Source: Escherichia phage vB_EcoM_G2469. From it: a DNA stretch of 64,000 nucleotides. The notes under the pieces were generated by a model. It was not told the DNA's origin and searched no databases. It saw only the letters and a list, made by a program, of their open reading frames with translations. The stretch is taken from the sequence record MK327934.1, one strand, 5' to 3'. Below are positions 51,311-62,243 of this stretch, one piece after another; position 1 is the stretch's first letter; each line of letters starts with the position of its first letter. The position numbers were made by a program, and so were the translations under genes.

Positions 51311-51976
51311 ATGGCCGATTTAAAAGCTGGTAGTACAACTGGCGGTGCTGTCATATGGCATCAAGGTAATTTCCCTTTAATGCCAGCAGGTGATGACGTC
51401 CTGTATAAAACGTTTAAACTCTATTCAGAATATAATAAACCACAAGCTGCTGATAACGATTTCGTTTCTAAAGCTAATGGTGGTACTTATGCATCAAAGG
51501 TAACATTTAACGGCGGTGTTCAAATACCATATGCTATAAACAATACAAATCAATCTGGTATTTATCCAGGTAATGGTGATGCAGCTACTTTTGTTACAGC
51601 AAATATTGATATTGTTTCATGGTATGGTATTGGTTTTAAATCATCACAAGGAACAGCGGGTAGAACTGTAGTAATCAATACACGTAATGGTGATATTAAT
51701 ACAAAAGGCGTTGTATCTGCTTCAGGACAAGTAAGAAGCGATATGACTGCTCCTATAGCAGCGAATGATCTCACAAGAAAAGATTATGTTGATGGACGAA
51801 TAAATATTGTTACGGATAACGCAAATTCCCGTGTATTGCGTAAAGGCGATACCATGACTGGTACTTTAACAGCACCAAACTTTTTCTCACAGAATCCGGC
51901 GTCTGAGGCTAATCATGTTCCTCGTTTCGACCAGATTGTAATTAAAGATTCTGTTCAAGATTTCGGCTATTATTAA
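51311..51976 (+). CDS. 36: long tail fibre distal connector gp36
   Basis: 221 aa, synteny. Confidence 0.9.
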   Translation: MADLKAGSTTGGAVIWHQGNFPLMPAGDDVLYKTFKLYSEYNKPQAADNDFVSKANGGTYASKVTFNGGVQIPYAINNTNQSGIYPGNGDAATFVTANIDIVSWYGIGFKSSQGTAGRTVVINTRNGDINTKGVVSASGQVRSDMTAPIAANDLTRKDYVDGRINIVTDNANSRVLRKGDTMTGTLTAPNFFSQNPASEANHVPRFDQIVIKDSVQDFGYY

Positions 51977-51984
51977 GAGGACTT

Positions 51985-54900
51985 ATGGCTACTTTAAAAC
52001 AAATACAATTTAAAAGAAGCAAAACCGCAGGTGCACGTCCTGCTGCTTCAGTATTAGCCGAAGGTGAATTGGCTATAAACTTAAAAGATAGAACACTTTT
52101 TACTAAAGATGATTCAGGAAATATCATTGATTTAAGCATTTCTGCTGGTGGTAATATCAGTGGAAACGTGACTATTGATGGAACTTTACGCGTCAATGGA
52201 CCAATAAACAATTTTGGAAATTTTTCCACAAGTGGCCAGATTACCGCTGGTAGTAGTATTTCAGCTCAAGTTTTTAGAGCATTGCAAGGTTCGTTTTATT
52301 CAAGAGCTTCAACCGGTGAAACAGCAAATGCCCATCTTTGGTTTGAAAATGCCGATGGCACTGAACGAGGCGTTATATATGCTCGTCCTCAAACTACAAC
52401 TGATGGTGAAATACGTCTTAGAGTTAGACAAGGAACAGGAAGCACCGTTAATAGCGAATTCTATTTCCGTTCTATAAACGGCGGTGAATTTCAAGCCAAC
52501 CGTATTTTAGCATCAGATTCGTTAGTAACTAAACGCATTGCAGCTGATACAGTTATCCACGGTGGCAAAGCCTTTGGTGTATATGATACAGATTCATTAG
52601 TTAATTATGTATATCCAGGCACCGGCGAAACGAATGGTGTAAACTATCTTCGTAAAGTGCGAGCTAAATCCGGTGGTACAATGTATCATGAAATTGTTAC
52701 TGCACAAACAGACCAGGCTGATGAAGTTTCTTGGTGGTCTGGTAATACACCATCATTTAAATTATATGGTATTCGTAATGACGGCCGAATGATCGTCCGC
52801 AATAGCGTAGCCATCGGGACCGTGACTGCAGGATACCCGTCAAGCGACTATGGTAATGGTGCCGCTTTAGGATTCGGTGTTTATTTAGCTCTAGGCGATA
52901 ACGGGACGGGGCTATCATACAAAAAAGCCGGTGTTTATGATTTAGTTGGTTCAGGGAATTCTGTCGCATCTATTACTCCTGATAGTTTCCGTAGTACCCG
53001 TAAAGCGATTTTTGGTCGTTCCGAGGACCAAGGTACAACATGGATTATGCCTGGAACCAACGCCGCGTTTTTAACGGTTCAAACACAAGCTGATGAAAAC
53101 ACTGCTGGAGACGGTCAAACCCACATTGGATATAATTCTGGCGGTAAAATGTCCCACTATTTTCGTGGTAAGGGCCAAACCAACATTAATACTCAAGAAG
53201 GCATGGAAGTTAACCCTGGTATTTTGAAATTGGTAACTGGTTCTAATAACGTACAGTTTTATGCCGACGGAACAGTATCTTCAATACAAAGAATTAAATT
53301 TGATAACGGATTAGTTCTTACTGGTGCTAGACCTGACGGTATTCAACTTGACGCTCCTACAGCGACAGATGGCACTAAAACTATACTGTGGGCTGGTGGT
53401 ACTCGTGCTGGTCAGAATAAAAGCTATGTAACTGTTAAAGCATGGGGTAATTCATTTAACGCATCTGGCGATCGTAATCGTGAAACGGTTTTTGAAGTAT
53501 CAGACGGGCAAGGATATTATTTTTATTCACAGCGTGTGGCTCCAAGTGGCTCTGAAACTACTGGGCCTATTGTAACCCAGTTCAATGGACAAGTTAATGC
53601 TAGAGGAAGCTTAATAACCGACGGAAGTCTTAGAGTTAACGGATTAAGCACTCTAGTTGGCAAAGTTACAATGAATAATGGATTGTTTGTCCAAGGTGGT
53701 TCTTCTATTACTGGACAAGTTAAAATCGGCGGAACTGCTGATGCATTAAGAATTTGGAATGCTGAATACGGTGCTATTTTCCGCCGCTCAGAAGCATCAT
53801 TATATATTATTCCGACTCCTAAAGATGCTGGTGAAAGCGGTGGAATAAGTAATCTTAGACCATTGACAATAGAACTGAACACCGGCACAGTTAAAATGTC
53901 GCATGATGTTCATTTAGGAGATTCTGGATCTGGTACAGGATTATTACAAGTAAGTAATAGTCTTAAAACTATTAAAATGATATGCCCAGTAACTATTAAT
54001 GAACGTAATGCAGCGCTTACTCTAGATTCTCCTTCATCTTCTTCTGCTAATTATTTACAGGGTTCTAAAGCTGGAACTAGATCGTGGTATGTTGGTCTTG
54101 GTGGCTCTGGAAATGATTTATCACTTTATAGTCAATCTTATGGACATGGCCTTGTTATAAGCGATAATTTCGTGACAATCAGTAAACCTCTTAAAGTTGG
54201 AACTGCACAACTAGGTACTGATGGTAATATCACCGGTGGTTCTGGTAATTTTGCTAACTTGAATACCACAATAAATAACCTTAAGACGGATATTGTCTCA
54301 AGTTATCCAATTGGTGCTCCGATTCCTTGGCCTACTGATACACCTCCTGAAGGTTATGCCATAATGGAAGGTCAGACTTTTGATAAGTCTGCATACCCAA
54401 AATTGGCTATGGCTTACCCATCTGGCGTAATTCCTGATATGCGTGGTCAAACTATCAAGGGTAAACCATCTGGGCGTGCTGTATTAAGTACAGAAGCAGA
54501 TGGTGTTAAGTCACATAGCCATAGTGCAAGTGCATCAAGCACAGATTTGGGTACTAAAAACACATCAAGTTTTGATTATGGTACTAAAACCTCTTCAAGC
54601 TTTGATTATGGTACGAAGACTAGCAATACAACAGGTAACCATAACCATACAGTAAGCGGTACCACTGGCGCGGCAGGTAACCACCAGCACTCACAGACCG
54701 GTCCAAGGGGTCCTAATAATCAACCAACAGGAATATTTCCTAATGGAGCTACTCTAATTAGCGGAACCCAGGTTGTTGGTTTTGGCCTAAGCAACGGTGT
54801 CGTGCCTGGTTCAAGCCAATATATTGCAAAGTCGTCAACAGAAGGTAACCATACGCACTCTTGGTCTGGTACTACTAGCTCTACGGGTAACCATGCCCAC

Positions 54901-55062
54901 ACCGTTGGTATTGGTGCCCATACACATACTGTAGGTATTGGTGCCCACTCTCATTCGGTAGCGATTGGTTCTCATGGTCATACAATAACTGTAAATGCCA
55001 CAGGAAATACAGAAAACACTGTTAAAAACGTTGCTTTTAACTATATCGTTCGTTTAGCATAA
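51985..55062 (+). CDS. 37: long tail fibre distal subunit gp37 (receptor-binding tip)
   Basis: 1025 aa; C-terminal His-x-His boxes ([42 protein letters not shown]) and ...NYIVRLA ending. Confidence 0.95.
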   Translation: MATLKQIQFKRSKTAGARPAASVLAEGELAINLKDRTLFTKDDSGNIIDLSISAGGNISGNVTIDGTLRVNGPINNFGNFSTSGQITAGSSISAQVFRALQGSFYSRASTGETANAHLWFENADGTERGVIYARPQTTTDGEIRLRVRQGTGSTVNSEFYFRSINGGEFQANRILASDSLVTKRIAADTVIHGGKAFGVYDTDSLVNYVYPGTGETNGVNYLRKVRAKSGGTMYHEIVTAQTDQADEVSWWSGNTPSFKLYGIRNDGRMIVRNSVAIGTVTAGYPSSDYGNGAALGFGVYLALGDNGTGLSYKKAGVYDLVGSGNSVASITPDSFRSTRKAIFGRSEDQGTTWIMPGTNAAFLTVQTQADENTAGDGQTHIGYNSGGKMSHYFRGKGQTNINTQEGMEVNPGILKLVTGSNNVQFYADGTVSSIQRIKFDNGLVLTGARPDGIQLDAPTATDGTKTILWAGGTRAGQNKSYVTVKAWGNSFNASGDRNRETVFEVSDGQGYYFYSQRVAPSGSETTGPIVTQFNGQVNARGSLITDGSLRVNGLSTLVGKVTMNNGLFVQGGSSITGQVKIGGTADALRIWNAEYGAIFRRSEASLYIIPTPKDAGESGGISNLRPLTIELNTGTVKMSHDVHLGDSGSGTGLLQVSNSLKTIKMICPVTINERNAALTLDSPSSSSANYLQGSKAGTRSWYVGLGGSGNDLSLYSQSYGHGLVISDNFVTISKPLKVGTAQLGTDGNITGGSGNFANLNTTINNLKTDIVSSYPIGAPIPWPTDTPPEGYAIMEGQTFDKSAYPKLAMAYPSGVIPDMRGQTIKGKPSGRAVLSTEADGVKSHSHSASASSTDLGTKNTSSFDYGTKTSSSFDYGTKTSNTTGNHNHTVSGTTGAAGNHQHSQTGPRGPNNQPTGIFPNGATLISGTQVVGFGLSNGVVPGSSQYIAKSSTEGNHTHSWSGTTSSTGNHAHTVGIGAHTHTVGIGAHSHSVAIGSHGHTITVNATGNTENTVKNVAFNYIVRLA

Positions 55063-55068
55063 GGAGAA

Positions 55069-55089
55069 GGGACTTCGGTCCCTTTTTAT
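55069..55089 (+). terminator. hairpin between 37 and 38 (possible partial terminator)
   Basis: GGGAC-TTCG-GTCCC followed by TTTTTAT; overlaps RBS region of gene 38. Confidence 0.4.
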
Positions 55090-55092
55090 AAT

Positions 55093-55644
55093 ATGAAACT
55101 CTATCATTATTATTTTGACACTAAAGAATTTTACAAAGAAGAAAATTATAAACCATTAAAAGGCGTAGGATTTCCGGCTCATTCGACACCAAAAAAACCT
55201 TTAGACCCTAAAGAAGGCTATGCTGTTGTATTTGATGAACGTGAACAAGAATGGGTATATGTTGAAGACCATCGTGGAAAAACAGTATGGACTTATGATA
55301 AGCAAAAAATTGTTATTGACACTCCAGGTGCTCTTCAAAATGTTACTACAGAAGAACCTGGTGAATTTGACATTTGGACCGACGACGGGTGGAAGGAAGA
55401 TGAAGCATATAAACGCGTAGTTCAACGTGATAAGAAAATTCATGAACTCTATAAATTATTCAGTGTTTTAAGTTCTCTTATTGACGCAGAGGTTGCTAAT
55501 AGAGAAGAAAAACGAAAATTTAAAGAGCTCAAAAAATTCTTTGCCCTTTTAGAAAAACATGAACATCTTGGCGGCGAATTCCCTAAATTCCCTGACCTTG
55601 AAAACAAATCTATTATCAAAGCGATTATAAATATCTTTAAGTAA
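55093..55644 (+). CDS. 38: gp38 tail fibre assembly chaperone (T4-type)
   Basis: 183 aa, MKLYHYYFDTKEFYKEENYKP... Confidence 0.85.
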   Translation: MKLYHYYFDTKEFYKEENYKPLKGVGFPAHSTPKKPLDPKEGYAVVFDEREQEWVYVEDHRGKTVWTYDKQKIVIDTPGALQNVTTEEPGEFDIWTDDGWKEDEAYKRVVQRDKKIHELYKLFSVLSSLIDAEVANREEKRKFKELKKFFALLEKHEHLGGEFPKFPDLENKSIIKAIINIFK

Positions 55645-55653
55645 GGAGGTATT

Positions 55654-56313
55654 ATGGCAACACCAAAAGTATCATTTTCGCCTAGTGATATTCTATTTGG
55701 GTTGCTAGATCGTATTTTCAAAGATAACGCTACTGGAAAGGTTTTAATGTCCAGAGTAGCGGTAATTATTCTTTTGTTCCTAATGGCACTAATATGGTAC
55801 AAAGGAAGTATTTTGCTGGATTATTATGTAAGAGCTAAGTATGATACTTATACTGAAATAATCCAAAAAGAACGAGCTTTACGTTTTGAATCTGCGGCTC
55901 TAGAACAACTGCAAATAGTTCATATCTCATCTGGTGCAGATTTTAGTGCTGTGTATTCTTTCAGACCTAAAAACTTAAATTATTTTGTCGACCTTATAGC
56001 TTATGAAGGCAAACTACCTAGCACAATTTCTGAAAAGTCCCTTGGCGGATTCCCGGTGGATAAAACAGCCAATGAATATATAATTCATTTAAGTGGCCGT
56101 CATTTCTCATCTAAATCAGAATTTGCATTTTTGCCTACAAAATCTAAGACTGCCGAACTTTCTTATATGTATAGTTGTCCATACTTTAATTTGGATAACA
56201 TCTATGCTGGAACTGTGACGATGTATTGGTATAAGGGGAGTAATATACTTGAGGAAGATCGCTTAGCGGCTATATGCAACCAAGCGATCCGAATACTAGG
56301 AAGGGCTAAATAA
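55654..56313 (+). CDS. t: holin T
   Basis: 219 aa, single N-terminal TM helix, large periplasmic domain, matches T4 T. Confidence 0.9.
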   Translation: MATPKVSFSPSDILFGLLDRIFKDNATGKVLMSRVAVIILLFLMALIWYKGSILLDYYVRAKYDTYTEIIQKERALRFESAALEQLQIVHISSGADFSAVYSFRPKNLNYFVDLIAYEGKLPSTISEKSLGGFPVDKTANEYIIHLSGRHFSSKSEFAFLPTKSKTAELSYMYSCPYFNLDNIYAGTVTMYWYKGSNILEEDRLAAICNQAIRILGRAK

Positions 56314-56586
56314 TTAGTTGTTAGAATACATCGCTAAATGACGATAAATATTTTCAAAACCTTCATTGAATTCACTAATCAGTGTTTTCTTTTCTTCGGC
56401 AGTTAAATTTGTAATTAGTTTTCTGAACGAATTCTGATTTAGCTGCCGACCATCTTTTTTAATTCCAATCTCATTCAAGAATCCGATGAAACTTGCTCGG
56501 TCTTCAACAATATCTTCCCTAGAGAATTTAATCAAAATAGAAGCAATAGTAATAATTTCACGTACGATTTCAATGTCTTTATTCAT
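56314..56586 (-). CDS. asiA: AsiA anti-sigma70 factor
   Basis: 90 aa MNKDIEIVREIITIASILIKFSREDIVE..., near-identical to T4 AsiA. Confidence 0.9.
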   Translation of the reverse strand: MNKDIEIVREIITIASILIKFSREDIVEDRASFIGFLNEIGIKKDGRQLNQNSFRKLITNLTAEEKKTLISEFNEGFENIYRHLAMYSNN

Positions 56587-56632
56587 AACGTTTTATTCAT
56601 TCCACTTAGTTGATATGGATATAGTACCATTA

Positions 56633-56848
56633 TCAGTGTTGATTGTAAACGGCTTTTTCTACGCTTTTAACATAATCAATGTAGTCTTCCTGTTCGTACG
56701 AGTTTAAGGCTAAGAACAAAGCTAATAGTTCATTATAGACTAAAGCCTCACGCTCACGTTCGGCTTCTACTACGTTCTGAAGATTATGACTCATATTGTT
56801 CCTTATAACTATCAATGTAGTCCTGTATGTCGAAGAACGATATTTCAT
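56633..56848 (-). CDS. hypothetical protein (71 aa)
   Basis: ORF in asiA-motA interval. Confidence 0.4.
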   Translation of the reverse strand: MKYRSSTYRTTLIVIRNNMSHNLQNVVEAEREREALVYNELLALFLALNSYEQEDYIDYVKSVEKAVYNQH

Positions 56849-56851
56849 ATT

Positions 56852-57085
56852 CTAGGACATTAAGAGCGCCTGTTCTTCGGTGTAGTCAGAACCAAATACA
56901 ATAGTGATTTCACCGGGTTTAGAATGACTGAAATCAACACTAAACTCAATTCGAGAACAGACTTCATCTTCCATATCTACGATAACACTACGACACACTT
57001 CTCGGTTAACCTGATAAAGCTCTGCAAGTTCTTCACATCGAATAACAAGTTCAGTGGCAGGATTTTCTTTGATTTTAGTAAGCAT
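56852..57085 (-). CDS. hypothetical protein (77 aa)
   Basis: ORF. Confidence 0.4.
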   Translation of the reverse strand: MLTKIKENPATELVIRCEELAELYQVNREVCRSVIVDMEDEVCSRIEFSVDFSHSKPGEITIVFGSDYTEEQALLMS

Positions 57086-57159
57086 AGTCTTTACCCTTAT
57101 GTTTTTGTTTACGTTTAGATTGAAGTTCTGATTTCTTCTTGTCCTTATGGACGGAAGCC

Positions 57160-57387
57160 TTATTGAAATCGTGTTTTGCTACAAGATTGTTCATAATGAT
57201 TTATAACCTCATTTAAACATTTGTCTGTGAAAGAAAACTTTTTAGCCACAGAACATTCGATAATGTGCTCTTTCAAATCTTTAGAGTCAGTATAACCCAT
57301 CTCAGTAATAAAGTGGCGAATTAAAGCTTTATTCTTATCATTAACAGAATTAAAATAATCTGCTTTAGAATCAATTATTCTCATCAT
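57160..57387 (-). CDS. hypothetical protein (75 aa)
   Basis: ORF. Confidence 0.4.
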   Translation of the reverse strand: MMRIIDSKADYFNSVNDKNKALIRHFITEMGYTDSKDLKEHIIECSVAKKFSFTDKCLNEVINHYEQSCSKTRFQ

Positions 57388-57652
57388 CTAATTTCCTTAA
57401 TTGATATTGCAACGAGCCAATAATTTCTTCGTTCATTTTAATATACATGTCGCGCAAGAAAGGTTTTAACCCATCACGAATAATTGCTAACGTATCACCT
57501 TTACATAAATTAACCAAATAAGGATGGTCTAAAGCGTCCCAACCAGGCTGATTAGCATACATACCATAGTTTTCTTCCATCATATGATTAAGACGTTTGA
57601 TATCTTGGATACGTGATTCAATAGCATCTTTCTGGAGTTGTTTAATATTCAT
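57371..57652 (-). CDS. hypothetical protein (93 aa)
   Basis: ORF. Confidence 0.45.
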   Translation of the reverse strand: MNIKQLQKDAIESRIQDIKRLNHMMEENYGMYANQPGWDALDHPYLVNLCKGDTLAIIRDGLKPFLRDMYIKMNEEIIGSLQYQLRKLDDENN

Positions 57653-58113
57653 TAATAAAGGTCCTCTGAATAAAGTTCTTTCTCACTTCCACCACGTTCA
57701 ATACGTACCTGTCCAGCATACGTTGCAATAATCATTGCTTCTTCACGCGTCCAGTAATTAGAGTATTGGTCGATAAAGCCTTGGTCGTCGCCACAAACTT
57801 GTTGCGAGACTAATTGAGGACCAACTATATCAAGTACTTCAGCCATATCTTTAGAGTAATGACGAACTCCAGGAATAACCAGAGTTCCACCGCTCTTCAA
57901 TTTAAACCTATTAGCTGCACATACTATAACACGTTGAACTTTTTGGTCATTATTCCAATAGCACGTTTGCCAACAGATTTCAGGAACTTCATTCATTACA
58001 TCATCAGCAGAATAATTATAACCGTAGGACTGGAATTTTTCTGCTAGACTTTCAGGAGTCTCACGAGACAAGGCCAAATCTAATAGCTCTAAACGTTCTT
58101 TAAATGATTTCAT
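57652..58113 (-). CDS. hypothetical protein (153 aa)
   Basis: ORF. Confidence 0.45.
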   Translation of the reverse strand: MKSFKERLELLDLALSRETPESLAEKFQSYGYNYSADDVMNEVPEICWQTCYWNNDQKVQRVIVCAANRFKLKSGGTLVIPGVRHYSKDMAEVLDIVGPQLVSQQVCGDDQGFIDQYSNYWTREEAMIIATYAGQVRIERGGSEKELYSEDLY

Positions 58114-58439
58114 TTAAACCATTCCTTAATACGTTGCCAAATAGATTTTTGTGCTTGTTTATTTACACCAATCGAACGAATAACCTGTTGTGACTGCTGG
58201 TATTCTTTATAATCTTCTTTATAGATTTCGTAAGCTGCATCAACAAATGAACTGATCGCTGCCATGTAGTTTTTACGAAGGCCAAATGGCGCGTCATTAT
58301 TTTCACGAATAACCATATATTGGCCTGCTTTAATCTTTACAATTGTCCCTAAATAAGCCCCGTGGTACCAAATATCCCATCCTTCCTGAGTAGGTTCTGC
58401 ACATTTACGAAGTTCGTTAATAATATTCAGCTTATTCAT
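58110..58439 (-). CDS. hypothetical protein (109 aa, motA.1-like)
   Basis: ORF. Confidence 0.45.
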   Translation of the reverse strand: MNKLNIINELRKCAEPTQEGWDIWYHGAYLGTIVKIKAGQYMVIRENNDAPFGLRKNYMAAISSFVDAAYEIYKEDYKEYQQSQQVIRSIGVNKQAQKSIWQRIKEWFK

Positions 58440-58449
58440 TATGTATTCC

Positions 58450-59082
58450 TCACAGTACGTTAGTTACAAGGGTAATGATTTCTTTGGACACATTAGGGAA
58501 GTCAATGTAAGTATATTTACCACCGATCTTAATCTTAACATCATTTTCAAGAGAAGTAAACAGCTTTGATTCAGTTTCTGACATGTTGTATGCAAAAATT
58601 CTAAGAGAACCATCTCGACGAATTTCGATCTGACGAATACCTAGAACTCGTTTTGCAAATCGAACTTCCAAGTTACTACGGTTTTCACCAATTTCTTTAA
58701 CTTCAACTTTATCTTTAATATTTTCAAAAACAAAGTTTGCTAATTCATGCATTTCAGGAGTAACTCCACGTGCTTTTCTAGTGTTACGTTTCTGAAGAAG
58801 TTCTGGAGCATTTTCTTGGGCAAAGAGGTCTGCAGCTTTTTGGATAATATCCATTGCTTCGCCTGTTGCTACAAGTCCATCACCGGATTTTTCAACTAGA
58901 CCTTTCTTAATCAATACACCAATGTTAGAGTTAACAACCGATGCATTGTATTCCGCTTCCAGAGCTTCACGGACATTGGCAGCAGTTGTGAAGTTGTTCT
59001 TAATGATATAAACCATTATTGCAGCAGTTTTTTCATTCAGAGCGTTTTCAGAAGCTTTGATGATGTAAGTAACTTTAGACAT
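58450..59082 (-). CDS. motA: MotA middle-transcription activator
   Basis: 210 aa MSKVTYIIKAS..., matches T4 MotA. Confidence 0.85.
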   Translation of the reverse strand: MSKVTYIIKASENALNEKTAAIMVYIIKNNFTTAANVREALEAEYNASVVNSNIGVLIKKGLVEKSGDGLVATGEAMDIIQKAADLFAQENAPELLQKRNTRKARGVTPEMHELANFVFENIKDKVEVKEIGENRSNLEVRFAKRVLGIRQIEIRRDGSLRIFAYNMSETESKLFTSLENDVKIKIGGKYTYIDFPNVSKEIITLVTNVL

Positions 59083-59119
59083 TTTATTTCTCCAATTTGG
59101 TTGTTTTGTTTTGATAGGT

Positions 59120-59150
59120 CTATAATATCATGTTTGAAGCACATGTAAAC
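59120..59150 (-). promoter_or_regulatory. early-type promoter for motA
   Basis: CTATAATA ... GTAAAC. Confidence 0.45.
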
Positions 59151-59176
59151 TGTTTTGTGAGGAAAAATGCACAAAC

Positions 59177-59192
59177 GGGAGCCGAAGCTCCC
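59177..59192 (-). terminator. terminator hairpin after gene 52
   Basis: GGGAGC-CGAA-GCTCCC followed by U-rich tract on minus strand. Confidence 0.5.
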
Positions 59193-59268
59193 TAATCATG
59201 TTTGTCCAACCAATATAGCCAAATCACTAGTGCAGCTATTGCACCGAGAAATCCTAAGGCTAGGGCAC

Positions 59269-60594
59269 TCAAAGTGCCTCCAAGTCTTTAGTGTACTCTG
59301 TCACAACATCAGTAGACTTCCAATACTCATTTTCTTCTTTCTTAGCTTTAGCTTCTTCTGCTAATTTACGTGCTTCATCGGAAGTGATATGGAAGATGTT
59401 AAGACCTACCAGTTTATCGACATGTTCTTTATACATTTCGATTTGTGCTAGCTCTTCAGTTAAAGCTTTACGGGTCTTGCCCTGAATCACAATTTCACCT
59501 GTAATAACTTTTTTGATGAAGTGTGCCTTAGCAAAAGCAAGTTTAAATGCTTTTTCAGATTCAAGGATTTTGTTGTCAATACGTTTCTGAACGTAAGTCT
59601 TACGGACTTCAACAAAATCTTTGATTAAGTCCACTACGTTATCGTAGACCGCTAATTTACCCTTTTCATTAATCACTGTGATGTTTTGTGAACGACGTTC
59701 GATGAGACTAAAATCTTTCATGATTTTTTCATGACGTAGCTCTTCATCATCAGGAAGCGAGTACTCTTTACGGAACTTCACCTTAAACCCAAAGCCGTGT
59801 TCACCACAATCATCTTCCCATGAGATTAGACCTTTGTCTTCCAACGGGTCAAGAACCTTACTCACATACGTTTCACGGTCGAATTTATATGGGATTTCAG
59901 TTATCTGCATTTGAGTGCGAGATGTGAACTTATATGTTCCGTGAATCTCATAACGCCCATCAACTTCATGTACTTCACCACGGAATTCCGGGAATTCAAC
60001 TTTTGGCTTAGTGACATTTTTACCTTGAAGAGCTTGTAATACAGCCTTTTTGACTGATTTAAAACTATGAGGCAGAATATTTGTTGCGTAACCTGTTGCA
60101 ATACCAGAGACGCCATTCAAAAGAACTGTCGGAATAATAGGAAGATAGAATTTTGGTGGAATATGTTCTTTATCTTCATGAGCTGGAGCATATTCAGTAT
60201 CTTTATATACGTTATAGAAATTTTTACTTACACGAGCAAAAATATAACGAGATGCTGCAGCTTTTTGGACTGTTCTAGAACCAAAGTTGCCTTGGCCATC
60301 TAACAGTGGATAGTTGTTGTTCCATGTGTTAGCCATCAATGCACCTGCATCTTGTGCAGAAGATTCACCATGGTGATAACCTAAATCTGCAACACCGCCT
60401 GCAATTGACGCAAGTTTATGAAATTTTTCTTTATTACCACGAGCCAAATCTAACGCACGATGAACCACAAAACGTTGAACCGGCTTAAATCCATCAATCA
60501 TGTTTGGGATTGCACGGTTTTCAACGGTGTACATCGCATATGCTAAGGCTTCGTTATCAATAATACTTTTTAGATTACGAGAATTCAATTGCAT
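59269..60594 (-). CDS. 52: DNA topoisomerase II medium subunit gp52
   Basis: 441 aa, synteny. Confidence 0.9.
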   Translation of the reverse strand: MQLNSRNLKSIIDNEALAYAMYTVENRAIPNMIDGFKPVQRFVVHRALDLARGNKEKFHKLASIAGGVADLGYHHGESSAQDAGALMANTWNNNYPLLDGQGNFGSRTVQKAAASRYIFARVSKNFYNVYKDTEYAPAHEDKEHIPPKFYLPIIPTVLLNGVSGIATGYATNILPHSFKSVKKAVLQALQGKNVTKPKVEFPEFRGEVHEVDGRYEIHGTYKFTSRTQMQITEIPYKFDRETYVSKVLDPLEDKGLISWEDDCGEHGFGFKVKFRKEYSLPDDEELRHEKIMKDFSLIERRSQNITVINEKGKLAVYDNVVDLIKDFVEVRKTYVQKRIDNKILESEKAFKLAFAKAHFIKKVITGEIVIQGKTRKALTEELAQIEMYKEHVDKLVGLNIFHITSDEARKLAEEAKAKKEENEYWKSTDVVTEYTKDLEAL

Positions 60595-60598
60595 ATTT

Positions 60599-60739
60599 TC
60601 ACCATATTAATGAACGAATATCCATTATAACATCTGAAATGAAAAGCACTACTTGGATTAGCCCAAACATCACACCGTAGTACAGAACCGTAAGCAACAA
60701 CAAGAGCCCGAAGGCTCCTGCTAAGATTTTCTTAATCAT
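60599..60739 (-). CDS. possible small hydrophobic membrane protein (46 aa)
   Basis: hand-translated MIKKILAGAFGLLLLLTVLYYGVMFGLIQVVLFISDVIMDIRSLIW; contains a hairpin that could instead be a terminator. Confidence 0.3.
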   Translation of the reverse strand: MIKKILAGAFGLLLLLTVLYYGVMFGLIQVVLFISDVIMDIRSLIW

Positions 60740-60885
60740 TACTCGCCTTTTAACACGTTAATAAGAGCTAAGACCGCTAAGGTACCTTGTGATACGGCCT
60801 GTTGAAATACTGTTGTTTCGCCTGTAACTAAAGTGTTAACGAATAAAAACGACCAACACAGCAATGCAATAATCCATGCTACCAT
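60739..60885 (-). CDS. small hydrophobic membrane protein (48 aa)
   Basis: hand-translated MVAWIIALLCWSFLFVNTLVTGETTVFQQAVSQGTLAVLALINVLKGE with GAGGT RBS; TAATG overlap with next ORF. Confidence 0.45.
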   Translation of the reverse strand: MVAWIIALLCWSFLFVNTLVTGETTVFQQAVSQGTLAVLALINVLKGE

Positions 60886-60937
60886 TTTAATTACCTCAAA
60901 AATAAATTAAAGGCCTAACTTAATAGGCCTATATAAA

Positions 60938-61384
60938 TTAGTAACTCTGCAGAATGAATTTGAAATTATCAGCCAGAAGACGGTTCATTTCAGTGAGTGT
61001 TTGATATTCTGATGTATGATTGCGAGTGAATGCCAGAGCCAATTGTCCTTTACCATAACCAGTAGTCAGTGGTTTCATGTTCTTAGCTGCAACAAAGATT
61101 ACATCATATTCAATATTGTTAGTGCCCATGGTACGGGCTAGTTGCGAACGGCCTTGACGAATGTGAGAAAGAATTGCATCCAACCCCTGTTTAGAACGTT
61201 GACGTCCTACAAAGAATCGTGCTGCTACTTGTCGCCAATCAGATGAACCTTTAACAAAGAAGTAAAAACCTTCGCGAGAACGAAACTCTTTAGAAACTTC
61301 AGAACCGTATTCGCCATTACGAACTACTGCAACAACTTCACCGCCAACTGCCAGAAGGTCTTTACGAGTTAAATATTTGGACAT
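60938..61384 (-). CDS. ndd: Ndd nucleoid disruption protein
   Basis: 148 aa, C-terminal ...[16 protein letters not shown] as T4 Ndd. Confidence 0.8.
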   Translation of the reverse strand: MSKYLTRKDLLAVGGEVVAVVRNGEYGSEVSKEFRSREGFYFFVKGSSDWRQVAARFFVGRQRSKQGLDAILSHIRQGRSQLARTMGTNNIEYDVIFVAAKNMKPLTTGYGKGQLALAFTRNHTSEYQTLTEMNRLLADNFKFILQSY

Positions 61385-61460
61385 GCTAATTTCCTCAATT
61401 GATTAATGTTTTTGTAATCCATGAGAGCATTATACTCCGCTCTCAAGAGTTTGTACAATT

Positions 61461-61661
61461 TTATTCGGCCATATCAGAACGTTCAAAAAGCTCTTCAACA
61501 GTTAAACATTCAGTGTCATCTTCAATAAAGAATCGAGTCCAACACGTTGGGGCGATACAGTTATGAGTTTGTCCGGCGATAGAAGCTACACGAATAAGCT
61601 GCTGACCGTTATTCAGAACAAATTTTTCACCAATTTCAACATCTTTAAAAAGCTTAGCCAT
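61461..61661 (-). CDS. hypothetical protein (66 aa)
   Basis: ORF with upstream early promoter. Confidence 0.45.
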   Translation of the reverse strand: MAKLFKDVEIGEKFVLNNGQQLIRVASIAGQTHNCIAPTCWTRFFIEDDTECLTVEELFERSDMAE

Positions 61662-61721
61662 TTTGTGTTCCTCATGTTTCAGTAGGACTACTATACCATA
61701 ATCCTACCTTGTTGTAAACAA

Positions 61722-61832
61722 TTAAATTACATTAAAATATGTTAAAGCCAACCATGTTCCAGTGAACGAACATGCGATGTAAAACCACGCATCACAAATT
61801 GTTCTTAGTACAATAAGAAGTGCATTTTTCAT
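61722..61832 (-). CDS. possible small membrane peptide (36 aa)
   Basis: hand-translated MKNALLIVLRTICDAWFYIACSFTGTWLALTYFNVI with GAGGT RBS; coordinates +/-1. Confidence 0.35.
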   Translation of the reverse strand: MKNALLIVLRTICDAWFYIACSFTGTWLALTYFNVI

Positions 61833-61911
61833 AAGTACCTCAACACAATTGAAAATATTATACAAATCATTGGGATACTAAGCAACCATATTCCTATCCA
61901 CATTTTAGAGC

Positions 61912-62175
61912 TCATATCTCAACTTCCGCGAGTTCCATATATCCTTTGTTGATAACCTCTTTAAGGTCTTTAGAAAGAATAACACCAAAATGGTCGTTCA
62001 TATGTCCGTTAACTAAACGAGTTATTTCGGCTTCAGATGACATATAAGGCACGTCCGAGTCCCAGTGAGATAGGCCTAAATGGGTATAAATCATCCCTTC
62101 GTCATCTGCAGTGTTGTACATTGAAACAAATTCGCCTGTTACTTTATGTTTTGCGTAGAAAAATTTAAATTTCAT
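61912..62175 (-). CDS. hypothetical protein (87 aa)
   Basis: ORF with upstream early promoter. Confidence 0.45.
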   Translation of the reverse strand: MKFKFFYAKHKVTGEFVSMYNTADDEGMIYTHLGLSHWDSDVPYMSSEAEITRLVNGHMNDHFGVILSKDLKEVINKGYMELAEVEI

Positions 62176-62243
62176 GATGTTATCCTCTTTTAGATAGGAC
62201 TACTATATCATAGTCCTACTTAGTTGTAAACACTTTTGTGAAA

